64,000 nt of DNA from the human T2T-CHM13v2.0 reference genome, Homo sapiens. The notes beneath the pieces were generated by a model. The model ran no database searches. It saw only the letters and a list, made by a program, of their open reading frames with translations, and was not told where the DNA came from. Positions 32,880-47,112 of this stretch are shown here, in pieces. Positions within the stretch are counted from its first letter, which is position 1. Every line of letters starts with the position of its first letter. The translations under genes and the position numbers were made by a program. The stretch is taken from NCBI RefSeq assembly GCF_009914755.1, contig NC_060948.1, one strand, 5' to 3'.

Positions 32880-35317
32880 GAGAATTTTATAATTTCATTA
32901 CTATTATTAACATCTGTGAATTAGACTCCTCACATGTCATACATGGTTTGGAATTTTTAAGGTATGACTTGAAGTAAATTTTTAATTTAAAACATGTTAT
33001 GACAGTTCTTCAAAGAGATTCAAAGTCGATTAACGAAGAGTTAGTACACAAATAAATATTATTGAAACCAGAATTCATCAATGATCATTTTAATAAATAA
33101 CCCATATTTGAAATATTTAATTTAGAATTTATGTTTTATCATGCTCTCTACACTAATAATGATTGTTTTAATTTTTGGATATTTATGAGAAGATAATTGG
33201 TTTCAAATATTTGGATGATTTAAACTACTTTTGTACCATTTTCTTCTTAATCAAAAATAAATAAGAAATCAGCTTTGTTAACTTAGCTAGGTATGTTTAT
33301 CTTAAAAGATGAGTAAAACATTACCCTATTTTATCTTATCTTGCAGATTTAAGATTATAAATATATGTTTATCAGCTCTTTCTTTTCATTTTCTTCCTGG
33401 AAATCCACATTTCCACTATGTTATTCATAAGGAAATCACTATAGATCAAGCAATTATTATATAGATGACACAAAAAGATGTGGATGAACAAACAGATTTG
33501 TCAGAAAAATGTGTAATAATTAAATATTTGAATGCAAATGACTACAGAGAAATGTTTCGGAGGCATTCTTTGTGGAGTTCATAGGCAGTTTATTCCATGG
33601 ATTTGAAGAAATCAAACTTGTATCAATTTTAATTTCTAAAGCAAATCGAGTACAATTTGGAAAAATAAGGAAAAATTATTATTGTGAAAAATATGTCTGA
33701 TGGAAATCTTAGAATTTTCGTACCTTACTTAGAAACAGTAACATGTTATTTCAGCTTTTTATTTTTCTACTTTCTTTTTCATGAGATATAACCAAAACTA
33801 TTTCTAAAAAACAAACATGTAAACACAACGTCAACCACACAGACTTTCATCATCACCAAGTAACGTGACTTGCAAGAAAGACACTTGAAGTCCTCATAAT
33901 TAAAATAGATAATAAGCCAACTGGAAGTTCTTATTACTTTCCACCAATTCATGTTCCTTGTGAAGTTAAGAAATATATTGGAAATGTGATATCCAATCTA
34001 TGTTCTTTTGAAAGACAAAGTTATAACATTTGAAAGTCACATTTGTAAAAGTTAATGTGAAGTTTCACATGTAATAATAGGACAGAATCTGATCTGTAAA
34101 TATAAGTGTGTTTACTCAGGGTAACTGCAATATTAGTCTCCTGTAATTCCTGACTGTTTCACTGTCCATTCCTCTTTAAAATATATCTGAATTCCAGGGA
34201 TAATTAAGATATCTTTACAATTTAAACTTTTTTTTTTCCAACGGGCAAAATTTATTGACAAGCGGATATCTAACTTATACATGCAAGTCCACAAGTTTGT
34301 TTCCATTTCTTCAATAAATGTTAAATATAGATGCACTATTGAACAGAGAATATACTAATTCCTTGTTATTTGATGATATGCCTATCTAACTAAGAGCCAG
34401 ACATCCTGGTTAGCAGTGCTTAGCTAAAGTAAATTTGATCATTTATTTTATTCCTTACATACACATAAAATAATTTAAAGTCTTCAACTATCTGAGAATA
34501 GCATAAAATAAAAGAGTTTAGTTTCTTGGGGAATGTCATTTGTTCTACCCACAGGCATGCCCAAGAAGTTTATACAGAGCTTTGCAATTATTTTTTATGT
34601 AAGTCTTATGAATTTATGCTGCAGGGTGGGTTAAAAATAAACTAAAAATTAATGGAGAGGTAAAGAAAGTCCAATTGATGAAGAGAGTTCCAGAAAATGT
34701 AAGATTTGGAAATGAGAGGAAGTTCTTGGATAATTGAAAAGAGACAGAATTTGCACATATCAGGAGCACAGGAAGTAAAAGTTCTGTGTTGATGATAAAT
34801 CTTGACAGAATGACGGAGGATAAGACTGAGCATCTTTTCAGGGTATGTGGAGAAAATTTAACTTTACATTTGATGGCATTGGCATACTAAAAATTTTACA
34901 AAGGAGAACACATGCCATAATCATTACAGCAATTATTGCTGCATTATAAAGAACAAATAGGAGACTGGTAGCCCAGAAAGATACAGAAATACTATAGAAC
35001 TAGTCCAGTGTCAAAACATGAGAGCTGATAGGAGCTTAGGCTTGTGGAGACAGTTGGCTGGGAGATAAGAGGAGAGATTTAAAATGGAATGATCAAGAAA
35101 ATTCAGAAGCATTTGAAGAGTGAATAGCTGTGGAATGTGAGGAAGACCATGAAGACATGATTCTACCATTTCAAAGTGTTCATTTGAGTATATGCAGGAA
35201 TCATCTCCCCAAATGCACTTTGGTAAGATTAGGAGAAAGTTGAAAGGGACTTAGTTTTTTTAGTCTTACTTATATTAAATTTAAGATTAATTTTGAGAAC
35301 ATCCAATGCAATTTGTT

Positions 35318-35513
35318 GTATTAGTCCACCTACATGCTGCTAATAAAGACATTCCCGACACTGGGAGGAAAAAAGAGGTTTACTGGAGTCAGTTCCGTGT
35401 GGCTGGGGAAGCCTCACAATCATGGCAGAAGGCAAGGAGAAGCAAGTCACGTCTTACGTGGATGGTGGCAGGCAAAAAGAGAGCTTGCTCAGGGAAGCTC
35501 TCCCTTATAAAAC
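35318..35513 (-). mobile_element. THE1A/THE1B-like MaLR LTR fragment, truncated
   Basis: TGTATTAGTCC...GCTAATAAAGACAT...GCCTCACAATCATGGCAGAAGGCAAGGAG. Confidence 0.82.
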
Positions 35514-35653
35514 TGTTAGAATCATCAAAGGCTGAAGAAAATGATAATGGAAATAAGTTATGTGGAGAATTGATAACTACTGAATGAGGTCTGTGGATTA
35601 CAAATGTGGATTTCATGAGGCACATCAAGCAGAGCTGTTTCAGAGGCACAGTG

Positions 35654-36458
35654 TGTGAACGGAAAATATATTGGGCACCCAAAATCACTAAACTAAAGGG
35701 AAAAGTCAAGCTGGGAACTCCTTAGGGCAAATCTGTCTCCCATTCTATTCAAAGTCACCCCTCTGCTCACTGAGATAAATGCGTATCTGATTGCTTCCTG
35801 TATTAGTCCATCTTCACCCTGCTGATAAAGACATACCCAAGACAGAAGAAAGAAGTTTAATTGGACTTACAGTACCACGTGGCTAAGGAAGCCTCAGACA
35901 CATAGCAGGAGGCAAAATACACTTCTTACATGGTAGCAACAAGAGAAAATGAGTAGGAAGCAAAAGCAGAAAGCCCTGATAAAACCATCAGATCTTGTGA
36001 GATTTCTTCACAACCAGGAGAACAGTATGGAGGCAACTGCCCCAATAATTCAAATTATCTCCTACTGGGTCCCTCCCACAACAGGTGGGAATTCTAGGAC
36101 ATGAAATTCTAGTTGAGATTTGGGTGGGGACACAGCCAAACCATATCACCTCCTCTGGAGAGGCTAATCAGAAACTCAAAAGAACACAACTGTTTGTCTC
36201 TTATCTACCTATGAACTGGAAGCCCCCTCCCCACTTTGAATTGTCCTGCCTTTCCAGATAGAACCAATGTTCTTCTTACATATGTTGATTGATGTCTCAT
36301 ATCTCCTTAAAATGTATAAAATCAAACTATGCTCTGGCGAACTTGGGAACATGTCATCAAGGGACCTCCTGTGGCTATATCATGGGCACGTGTCCTCAAT
36401 CTTGGCAAAATAAACTTTTAAATTAATTGAGACATATCTCAGATTTTTGGGGTTCACA
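35654..36458 (+). mobile_element. MER4A1-like ERV1 solo LTR, interrupted by a THE1 LTR
   Basis: TGTGAAC...CCAAAATCACTAAACTAAAGGGAAAAGTCAAGCTGGGAACT...GGGGTTCACA; TG..CA ends, flanks AGTG/GGTG. Confidence 0.85.
35799..36148 (-). mobile_element. THE1 (THE1C-like) solo LTR nested in MER4A1
   Basis: TGTATTAGTCC...GGGGACACAGCCAAACCATATCA; 5-bp TSD CTTCC/CCTCC. Confidence 0.88.
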
Positions 36459-38374
36459 GGTGACAACTGATAGACTTCTCAGCATTTCCTGATACTGTAG
36501 TATCCATCATACTTATTAATTTGCTGTCTTCTTCATCACACCAAAACTTACAAGGAGCAGAAGCACGGTTTTTATTCATCCAAAACAAAATTTAGGTCTC
36601 ATCAGAGTTTCTTCCTACCGTGTCTGTTAAAAAGTGTTTAGGGAGTGTTGCACTATGAGGGGGAGTTTATGCATGTCTACCTACTTATTCCCTTAAATTC
36701 TTCTCTCACAATGAGGTCTTTCATTAGTGAGTGTATCCAGGGTTTTACTGATGGAGAGCTTATGCTCAGTTTGAGTTCCCAATTTGGAAGTAGGGAGTTG
36801 GCTGAAAAGTGAACCACAGAGACTCCCAAAATTCCACATCTGCATTTGCTGGCAAGTTGGCGTAACAGGTACCACAAGGAGACAAACTCTAAGATGAAAG
36901 AAACACGATGAAAAAAAATCAAACCCACATTATTTTGTCATAATTTTGGAGATAGTTTGCATTTATTTTTTCTTTTTTGAATTTGGATGTATCCGTAAAT
37001 GCTCATAATGGGGGTGCTAATTAATTTGTATCAATTGTTTGATAAATGGGAGACACTGATGTCTCAGTTGTTATGGTTTTTGGTGATGTTTTTGTACCCT
37101 GGGATTAAAATATAGCCTTGCTGTGAATTGTTGTGTTGTGTTACAAATGGCCTTTAAATCATTTAGCCTTTTCTTCTATTAAGTCTTGCTGTGAGTTGGT
37201 TTATTGTGTTACAAATGGCTCCAAAGACAAGATCTCTCTCTCTCTCTTTCTCTCTTCTTTTTCTCTCCTCTCTTTCTCTTTCTCTCTCTCTCTCTGTTTC
37301 TTTTCTTTCTCTGACTCATATCCTTGGCCTTTTCTTAAGTCTGTTGAGTCTTGCTGTGGACTGGTTCATTGTGTTACAAATGGTTCCAAAGACAAGGTTT
37401 CTCTCTCTCTCTCTTTTTCTCTCTCCCTTCCTCCACCCTTTCTTTGTCTTGCTCTCTCTCCCTCTTCTTTCTCTCTCTGAATCATATCACTGGACTTTTC
37501 CCATGTTTATTGCTTTGAAGTTCCACTTTCCATACCTCAGGACATTCATCTTAACAATTTGTCTTTAAATAATTGTGGGAGATACCAACCAAATATCCAA
37601 AGCATGCTGGCATGTGTTTGCTCATCTTCTCCACTTGGTCCTCCATCTCTATGTGCTCCGAGTTCTTTTCCTGATATCTTTTTATCCTTTGCTATCACTT
37701 CAGATTAATCTTCAGCTTTGCAATCTGATTTTTTTTTTTTTTAATCAAATAGAGTCAGCATGATTCTGGAGAGAGAATATCACCATGAAAATATATTGAG
37801 AAAATACAAATGCTATCACTTACCTAGTTTATAGTAAGTGCACTTATAGTTTGAATAATGCAGAAAAAACTTTACACAGATTCAAAAACAATGTATATGT
37901 ATAGCCCAGTAGTTTTTCATGTTGATATATAAAAATACTATCTTTCATGTGATTCAGAATTTTAAACTGTCAAAATATTGGTCAAATTAGAATTTCATTA
38001 AAATATTTGAGTCTACAACAAAATAGGTATTGTGGATCAAACTACTCATTAAAAGATGACTCATGTTAAGTGTATTCTAGCTTTTAAAAATAAAATAAAA
38101 ACAAATAAGTACCTATTAGAAATTCAAATTTACTGATGCTGTTTAGTAGTAAATTATACCAAAATGATAAAAAAGTATGCCAAAATTAAATAATCATTGT
38201 AGTTTCATTGTTGTAGATAGAAGATCACTAAAACAATCAATTTATGTTAAAACATTACCTTGGGTTTAATACTTTGTTCTGTTTTGTGGGATGTGTCAAA
38301 TGTGAATTTACAAGGAAGATAAATTAGATAAATAATAGCCACCTAGTTACCTAATGTCTATATAATTTAGTTAG

Positions 38375-38800
38375 CTAGCTATCTAGATAGATGGAAGATA
38401 GATAGATGGATAGGTGAATTGATGAATGAATAAGTAGTGATCGATAGATGGATAGATAGTTAAGATAGGTGAGTGGATGAATGGAGACAGATAGATCGAT
38501 AGATAGATAGATAGATAGATAGGAAATGTGGATGGATGAATGGATAAGCAGAGAGTAGATGGATGGATGGATGAATGGATGGATGGATGGATAGATAGAT
38601 AAGTAGATAGATAAATGGATAGGTAGATACATAGATACATAGGCTAGATGGATGGATGAATGAATAGGTAGATAGTAGGTCGATGGATGGTTGAAAGGAT
38701 AGGTAGGTAGATAGATGGATAGGTGGGTAGACAGACAGATACCTACATGCATACATCTGTACATAGATGGGATAAATTAAATAAATGATATATATATGTG

Positions 38801-38840
<40 letters not shown>
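38375..38840. repeat. Degenerate (GATA)/(GGAT) tract followed by (TA)n(CA)n
   Basis: Direct reading. Confidence 0.9.
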
Positions 38841-39374
38841 AAGACACGAAGATAGACACATAGATGATAATTATTATTTTAAAGTTCAAGGTAAGATAAA
38901 ATAACACATTGATGTACCCGTAGACAAGAGTTTAATTTTGGTTTTTATTGTGTTTTTTTATGTTCCACACAATTTTTGCAAAGTTAGGTGCAAACTTGCT
39001 ATAAAAGCTGCTCATACATTTTGTGGTATTTATAAAAGTGCAGACGTAGCATATAAATAGGTAAGAGAAACTCCCTAAAAACGTCAGCCATTCATCCATT
39101 TCTTTTCTAATTGGTATTGCTTCTCTTTATGTACCTACAATGTCTTTTCATCTGCATTTAATTTTGTCTGTGGAGAATCACATGTGTTTCAGAGTGTGTT
39201 TCAGAGATATTTGGGAGATTCTAAAGCCTTTCTGCTCTTCTGCTATAACTAACTGTAACTACACTTGGAATAATAGTTTATTTATCGTCCATGTCACCCT
39301 CTTTAAGACAATCAAATAGTAATTGATACCAGTGATTATGTTCTCTATGCAGCAACCAACTTCTTTACAGTGAA

Positions 39375-39450
39375 TTAGGGTCAAGGTATACAAACTTTCA
39401 GTTGTAAAATGTACAATTTCTGGGCATCTGAAGTATAGTATTGTAGTGAT
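39375..39450 (+). mobile_element. Short L1M 3' UTR fragment
   Basis: GGTCAAGGTATACAAACTTTCAGTTGTAAAATG...TTCTGGGCATCT. Confidence 0.55.
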
Positions 39451-39469
39451 GGATTGGCATAATAATTTG

Positions 39470-40412
39470 ATTGTAATAGCCATTACAAATATATATATGT
39501 TCATTATAGTCATTACAACATTATATATATTATATTCCTTACACTACATACATAGAATAGTGATTATACTGTATATATAGTAGTCATTACACTATATATA
39601 ATAGTCTTTACAATATATACAATAATCGTTACACTATTACATATGTAACAGTCATTACATTATATATATTTTATAGTCCTTTACAATATGTATATTATAC
39701 TCATTACACTATATACTTATTATAGTTGTTACACTTTTATATATAGTATACATAGACACCCACTATTATATGCTATTAAATTACCTGCCTTTTCAATTTA
39801 AGTCAATACATTATTATATGTAATAGTGTAATGATAATACACTATATTATCAATATATAAAAAGCATTACACTATTTCATGTATATGAAGTAATCATTAC
39901 ACTATTCTCTCTATATAAAATAGTCTTTACACTATTATATATTATAGTCATTACACTATATTATACTTATTACACTATATATTATTGTCATTACACTATT
40001 TTATGTATTGTAGTCATTACACCATGTGACAGTCTTTACACTATATATAAATATTTTATAGTTATTACACTATATATAATAGTGATTACACCATATTTTA
40101 ATAATCTTACACTATAGGTAGTGTAATAGTCATATATAATAGTCAATAACTGTATGATAGTCATTACACTATATATAATAGCCATTAAACTACATATACA
40201 TAATAGTCATTACACTATAAAGCAGTCAATACATTATATAATAGTAATTCTGCTATTATGCATATATTATAATCATTATACTATATATAATAGCCATTAC
40301 GCTATGTATATATAATAGTCATTATACATATGTCATTACAGTCTATATATTATAGTTGTTATACAATATAGGTAATAGTGATTACACTATATATTTGTAG
40401 TTATTACACTAT
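39470..40412. repeat. Degenerate AT-rich minisatellite, unit about 22-26 bp, core ATAGTCATTACACTATATAT
   Basis: Dozens of variants of (T)AGTCATTACACTAT in tandem. Confidence 0.85.
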
Positions 40413-40510
40413 ACGAGTTCAGCTGACCCATCGCTTGTTTTTTTAAATAAAATTTTATTGGAACACAGCCTCTCCCATTTGCTGACATATTGTCCATGAC
40501 TGCTTCCACA

Positions 40511-41080
<570 letters not shown>

Positions 41081-42970
41081 CACATTGCAATGGGAAAGTT
41101 GATTATCGTGATAGAGATGTGTAGCCCACAAAGTTAAAAAGATTTACTGTTTGGCTTTTTACAGAAAAAAAAAAAAGGAGGTAGAAAAGCCGGAAGAGAG
41201 ATGAGATGTTCCTAACCTTAATGTTTATGTTTTCAGTGTCCTTCCTTCCCTCTCCCCTTCTCTGTCATTCCTTCTAACTCCTGGGATAGAAATTGGTTGT
41301 AGAGTAGTTCATTTTTTAGCACTCTGATAACACAGTTCTTTCTATGTCCTTTCCAATGTCCCTGGCATTTTGTTATTAAAAGTTAGGAATTTGTCTCCAA
41401 ATTCTGCTAACTTCTGATATAAAAGCAACCGTGTTCCATGGCTTTAAGTGGTAACCACTCTTTTCCTTTTATAGCACTTCTTCTTTTTTTTTTTTTTAAT
41501 GTATGTGGACATTCCTTGGTATTCAGGAAATGGACGACAGGAAGGACCCCATGACAGCTGCTTCTCACGTTTGTCACACTGAAAATAAAAATAGCTTCTT
41601 AAATTGATATTAGTTCATCAATTCTGCTCATGATATTCTTTAAGATTCCTATGCAGGTAAATATAACATAAAACATATGGCATGTGCAATTTTCTGAAGG
41701 GACAAGGACTGCAAGCATAGCTTGTTAAGAAGAAAGCATTGTGTGAGATTTTCAGGAAGTAACACATCTCCAATCTGATGTGGCATTGCACAACACCTAA
41801 ATAAATGGTCCTCTTGTATAATACATATTTTTGTACATTTTGAGTCACTGTTTTTCTATACTTATGTGAACTCCTAAAAATCCTATATAATTTTAAATGT
41901 CACTATAAAGCTCATGTTTTTAAAGGACACAAATGTTCATTACCATGCATAGAAAGTGTATTTTTTTTCAAAAAAAACTCATAAACTTTAAATACAGAAT
42001 TTGCACTATGCAATTAAGCTTCCTGCCTGATGAACAAATTGCAATATTATAATGCTGACTTTTATTATTAGTTTTACCTGAAATTTGAGTTTCAATTAAA
42101 ACACATATAACTTAAGTAGGTACAGTGCTAACTATTCTCAAAGTAGGTGCAGTGCTACATTTTTGATAAAACAGAACAAAGACATTAAAATTTTACTGGA
42201 AAATTAGTTTTTTTTGTCAGTGGCAACGTTATATTAATCTAATTTCTTTGCTAGTTTTTGTTTCCTGGCAGATAGAAATGGTAACATTTCTTTGGATGTT
42301 ACTGATAGTCCCTACTATGAAGCCAATTGCAGCCTCTTCCCCAAAGAAGGGTCATTAAAGGCATAATCTCACTGAAACTATCCTCAACCGTCCCTGTAGA
42401 AAGCATATTCCTATTTTTTGCTCAACAGCAGACATTAGCTCTTCAAACTACCTTTTGAAATGGCCAGCAATAACCTGATTTTACCTTTTCTACATTTACC
42501 TATTGCCCTTCCTATAAAGTCTCTGCTGCTTTGTGTCTCTTTTCTCTTCATTTTTTTTTGTTCATTCATTCAACATTTGAGCATTTGAGGAAATATTTTA
42601 TATCACATCTTATATAGGCTATCTGCAATTCAGAGAGAAAAACACAAATTAATTCCCTTTCGGTACTCTCAAAGTTTGGTTCTCCTTACTAAAATAAATT
42701 CATGTTGTTTAATAATTACATAAAAAGAAAAAAATCCCATATGCTAACCACCAGACACAAAAATTGCTACTCTCCTGGAAGAAATATTTCTTTCCAGGAT
42801 TTTTGCATATTTTGCAAAGTGAATATGGTAGATTAGTTGCACTAATAGCCCAAATTTGTGGCCTAGGACATTTGCATATGACTTTTCTTCACCACCTTCT
42901 CCCACCTCCATCAATAAGTGGAATCTATTTATCTATATTCTTTGAACATTCTTTGTAACATGCTTTAAGC

Positions 42971-43483
42971 CAGGGGTCCCCAACCCGCCAGTCTGTGGCC
43001 TCGTAGGAACTGGCCACACAACAGAAGATGAGCAGCAGGACAGCCAGTGAAGCTTCATCTGTATTTACAGCCACTCCCCATTGCTACCATTACTACCTAA
43101 GCTCCGCCTCTTATCACATCAGTGGCAGCATTAGATTCCCGTAAGTGGTGTGAACCTGTTGCAAACTGCACTTATGAGAGAGGGATATAGATTGTATGCT
43201 CCTTATGAAAATGTAATGCCAGGTGATCTATCACTGTCTCCCACGACCCCCAGATAGGACTGTCTAGTTGCGGGAAAACAAGCTCAGGGATCCCACTGAT
43301 TCTAATTATGGTAAGTTGTATAATTATTTTTTTATATATTACAATATAATAATAGTAGAAATAAAGTGCACAATAAATGTAATGCCCTTGGATCATCCTG
43401 AAACCATTGCCTCTGCCCTGGTCCATGGAATAATAGTCTTCCATGACACTGGTCCCTTGTGCCAAAAAGGTTGAGGACTTCTG
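42971..43483 (+). mobile_element. MER1A, near full-length, with perfect 8-bp TSD
   Basis: CAGGGGTCCCCAACC...GGTTGAGGACTTCTG; TSD CTTTAAGC at 42963-42970 and 43484-43491. Confidence 0.93.
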
Positions 43484-43829
43484 CTTTAAGCAATAGGATA
43501 TCAGTAGGCAGATGATGTAAGCAGACCTATTAAAAAGCACTTTTCTGTTTCCACATCTTCTCCGGGATGCTCCTACTACCAGCGCTAACCTACCGCAGGA
43601 TGAGAGACCACAGGAAGGAGAGTTCACTTGTTGTAGTAGAGGCCGTATTTCACCAACTTGCCTGTGGGCAACTCAACGCCTGACCACAAACAGATGGGAT
43701 CAGATCTTGACCTGAAAAATATCAAAGATAGACAATAAGTAGGAAAAAAAAATATTAAAATGCTGTAATTGGGACAAACCCAAGTATTTGTGAAATTATT
43801 GGCTCATATTATAATTTTCTAGAAAAGTA

Positions 43830-44938
43830 TTATGATGATTCATTGTAGGCATCTACTTGACTGGGCTAAGGGATATCCTGATTGCTAGTAAAACATCACT
43901 TCTGAGTGTGTCTGTGAGAGTGATTCCAGGAGAGAGGAACACTTGAGTTGGTAGACTGAGTAAAGCAGATCTTCCCTCACCCATGTGGATTGCTATCATC
44001 CAAACTCCTGAGGGCCACCATAGAATAAGAAGCATGACAGCATCTTTGCAAAATAATGGCTGAGACAGTGAAAGACACCTATCCTAACTGACTCCATCTT
44101 TCTTCTAAACTTTAAGCACTCCTTGTTTCTTTTTGGCATAGATTGAACTAACTTTGGGAGGGACTTCGTTTATAGTTTCTAGTTTAAAACAAAGACGATA
44201 ACATCCCTTTTCCAAAACAAACCCCCTTCTTACCTGGGAATTAGACTGCTTTTGTAAGACTAATGAATTAGCCACAAGATTCAAAATTAAGGTTTAGATA
44301 TTATGCAGCTGGAAGCTAGAAGATTCTGACACTTGCTAAACTGCTCCTATGAAGAGTGCCTGAGATATTTTGCACAGCCTGCACTTGATGGATCAGCTGC
44401 CACCACCTACATCAATAAACTGACTCATCCTATCTTGTGCCCCCCACCCAGGGACTGACTCAGCACAACAGGACAGCTTCAACTTTCCATGATTTAATCT
44501 CTGACCTAACAAATTAACACTCTTGACACACTGGCCTTCCCCCATCCAGCAGGTTTTCCTTAAAAACTCTGCTTCCCAAATGATTAATAATAAAACTCCA
44601 GTCTCCTGCACAACTGGATCTGCATGAATTACTCTTTCTCTATTGCAATTCCCCTGTCTTTATAAATTGGCTCTGTCTAGGCAGTGGGCAAGGCAGTGTC
44701 TAGGCAGTAGGCCATTGGGCAGTTAGAGGCAGAGGAAGCTACGCTTGATTTGTGACTTCTGCCTTCTTCTACCCTCAGATATCAGAGCCCCTGCTTCTCA
44801 GGCATTGCAGACTCCAGGGATTACAGCAGTGTCTCTCTAGGTACCTCGGGCTTTTGGACTCAGACTGAATGAGACTACTGGCTATCCTGGATGTCCACCT
44901 TGCGAGGGAGGATTACAGAAATTTGCTGATTCCATAAT
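43830..44938 (+). mobile_element. MLT2-type ERVL LTR, split by LTR8
   Basis: ACTTGACTGGGCTAAGGGAT...GTGTGTCTGTGAGAGTG...AGACTGAGTAAAGCAGAT; resumes at 44728 with TTCTCAGGC...TTTGGACTCAGACTGAA. Confidence 0.75.
44035..44727 (+). mobile_element. LTR8 (ERV1) solo LTR
   Basis: CTTTGCAAAA...TGAGACAGTGAAAGA...GACTCCATCTT...TAATAATAAAACTCC...TTGGGCAGTTA; flanks AGCA/GGCA. Confidence 0.85.
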
Positions 44939-44942
44939 CTTA

Positions 44943-45013
44943 GGCTTAAGCAATCCTCCCACCTCAGCCTCCCAAAAGGCTGGGATTACAGGCATGAGAC
45001 ACCAAGCCGGGTC
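44943..45013 (-). mobile_element. Alu left-arm fragment
   Basis: AAGCAATCCTCCCACCTCAGCCTCCCAAAAGGCTGGGATTACAGGCATGAG. Confidence 0.75.
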
Positions 45014-45937
45014 AGCCACGTGGTTTTCATCTCAACCAGTCAACTGCTGTTGCAGTGAGAATGCCGCCAAAGAAAGGACATTAAAAATGATTGTGGCCAT
45101 GTACAAATAAAAGTTTATATCACAAACAATTGGAAGGCTTATGCCCATAGTTTGACAGCTTTGGTTTTAGACATCCACAGCTATTATTATAGCATGTGTG
45201 TGACACTTCTTTGTAAGGAGAAACCTGAATATCGGTGCTTGGAACTTAATTGTCAGGATTCTATCTACCAGACATTACTATTTGCTCCAGGCAATGTTTA
45301 CAAACAATTAAAGCTTGTTAACCAATGGGTAACTTCATAGCTAAATTCAGGCACTTTCTGCAAAATCTGTGTATTGTAGCATCAGATGATTTATTTGGAA
45401 AACCAGCCCACTTCTGAAGACAACTGATAACTTAGAGCAGCAAATTCTCATGTTTGTTAATTATTTATTCTTCAGGAGTCATTTCATAGTCTTCTGTTGC
45501 AAGCCAAGCCCAAGTTACCATACCCAACTTTGCCCACATTTAATCCAATATCCACAGCAAAAAACCAGTCTGAAAGCATGTGAACCTAGAACAGTATTCA
45601 GCCAAAGACTTAAGGAAATCTCTTAGCCAAAATTGCATTTTGCTATTTCTTTTCTTTGCTGTTCTGCCTTGCAAAAGCTAGCTGCCCTGACCTCCTCAAG
45701 CTCCATGTTTTGTCTCTTGAACTCAAGGAGACCTCTGTGCTCTGGTTGTATCCTCATTTCCTGAAGAACCCTGACCTAAATCTTTCTCTCCTAGGGCTCA
45801 GCTGTTTCTTTCTAATCTCTCAGAGACTGCCTTCCTGTGCCTAATGTCTTACATGTTGGGGAAAACTGTTATTTAGTATACTTTTAATTTTTCTAATTTT
45901 TTAAGGTGCTCTTGTTCTGGTAAACCTTTCATATCCA

Positions 45938-46685
45938 TAAGAAGTAAACTCTGACTTTTTTATGTTGCCAAATTCCTGTCTGAGGAGTTTCAGGAGTCAC
46001 GTCCTAAGTCGATATATCATCATATCATCACTTACTTTCCAATCTGACTCTGGCATAGCATTATGAGACAAGGAAAAATTAGAATATTTTACCCCAGACA
46101 TGTTTCTTTGACATATCTTGAAATGGCTATGCAAAGCTGTCCTTTGTGTGAGAAATTTTGCATCTGGAAAGAATCTCTGTTAACATAGCCAGATCTTTTT
46201 CTTCCAAACACCTGTAATGATTAAATAAGAGTCTAGTACCTTTTTAAAGATCTGAATAGGAAACATTTGTAATCTATTGTCTTTAAGGGCAGCCACTATA
46301 AGACTTCAAAAGAACATTGATCTTCACAATATTTTTTCTTAACCTGAACATTTCCTTTCTATTAATCCGAGGTCTTTAGACAAACTGAACCAATCCTCAA
46401 GCAGAAGATGTTTAAATTTACCTATAGCCTGGAAGCATCCCCTCTCCCCTACCAGAGAGAGCTTTGAGATGTCTCTCCTTTCTGGAGCAAACCAATATAT
46501 TTCTTAAATGAATTTGACTGATGTCTCATACCTTCCTAAAATGTATAAAACCAAGCTGCACCAAGACCACCTTGGGCACATGTTCTTAGAGCATCCTGAG
46601 GACTGTGTCAAGAGCCGTGGTCACTCATACTAGGCTCAGAATAAATGTCTTCAAATATTCTGCAAAGTTTGGCTCTTCATTGACA
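45938..46685 (+). mobile_element. MER4E-like ERV1 solo LTR
   Basis: CTCTGACTTTTTTATGTTGCCAAATTCCT...CTGACTCTGGCATA...AAAATGTATAAAACCAAGCTG...GGCTCAGAATAAA...TGACA. Confidence 0.8.
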
Positions 46686-47112
46686 TGCAGAAAGATAATT
46701 TTGGATATTTAATTGGGAGTGTTAGGTTGAAATTTCATTCAACTTCAAGATTAAGGGTTAGATGTGAGTGGGGTTGGGATTTGTATTTGCTTAAATGTTC
46801 TGATTCCGATTTTTCATGTTCTTTCCACATGATGACTATTTTGGTCTAGGCACTATGTACACAGGGTGGATGACAAAGAATTTAACCAAACCATTTTCTG
46901 CCACTGTAGAAAGGTGAAATTTCTTCAGTTAGTGGTGTCATATGTTTGTGTATGTGGGGAGGAAATGTATTTGGGGGTAACATTATGTATTCTTGATTTT
47001 TTTCTTCTGTGAAATGTTCTGAGTGTCTCTTACTTTCCATTTGTTTTCACCACATTATCTCCAAAGATAGAATTTCATTTTTTTCAAACTGACTCCCCAA
47101 AACTTGTCAAGT

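Noticed and set aside
39470-40412. Possible CRISPR-like array
   Set aside because: The units are degenerate and contiguous, with no unique spacers or cas genes, in a primate context. It is a minisatellite.
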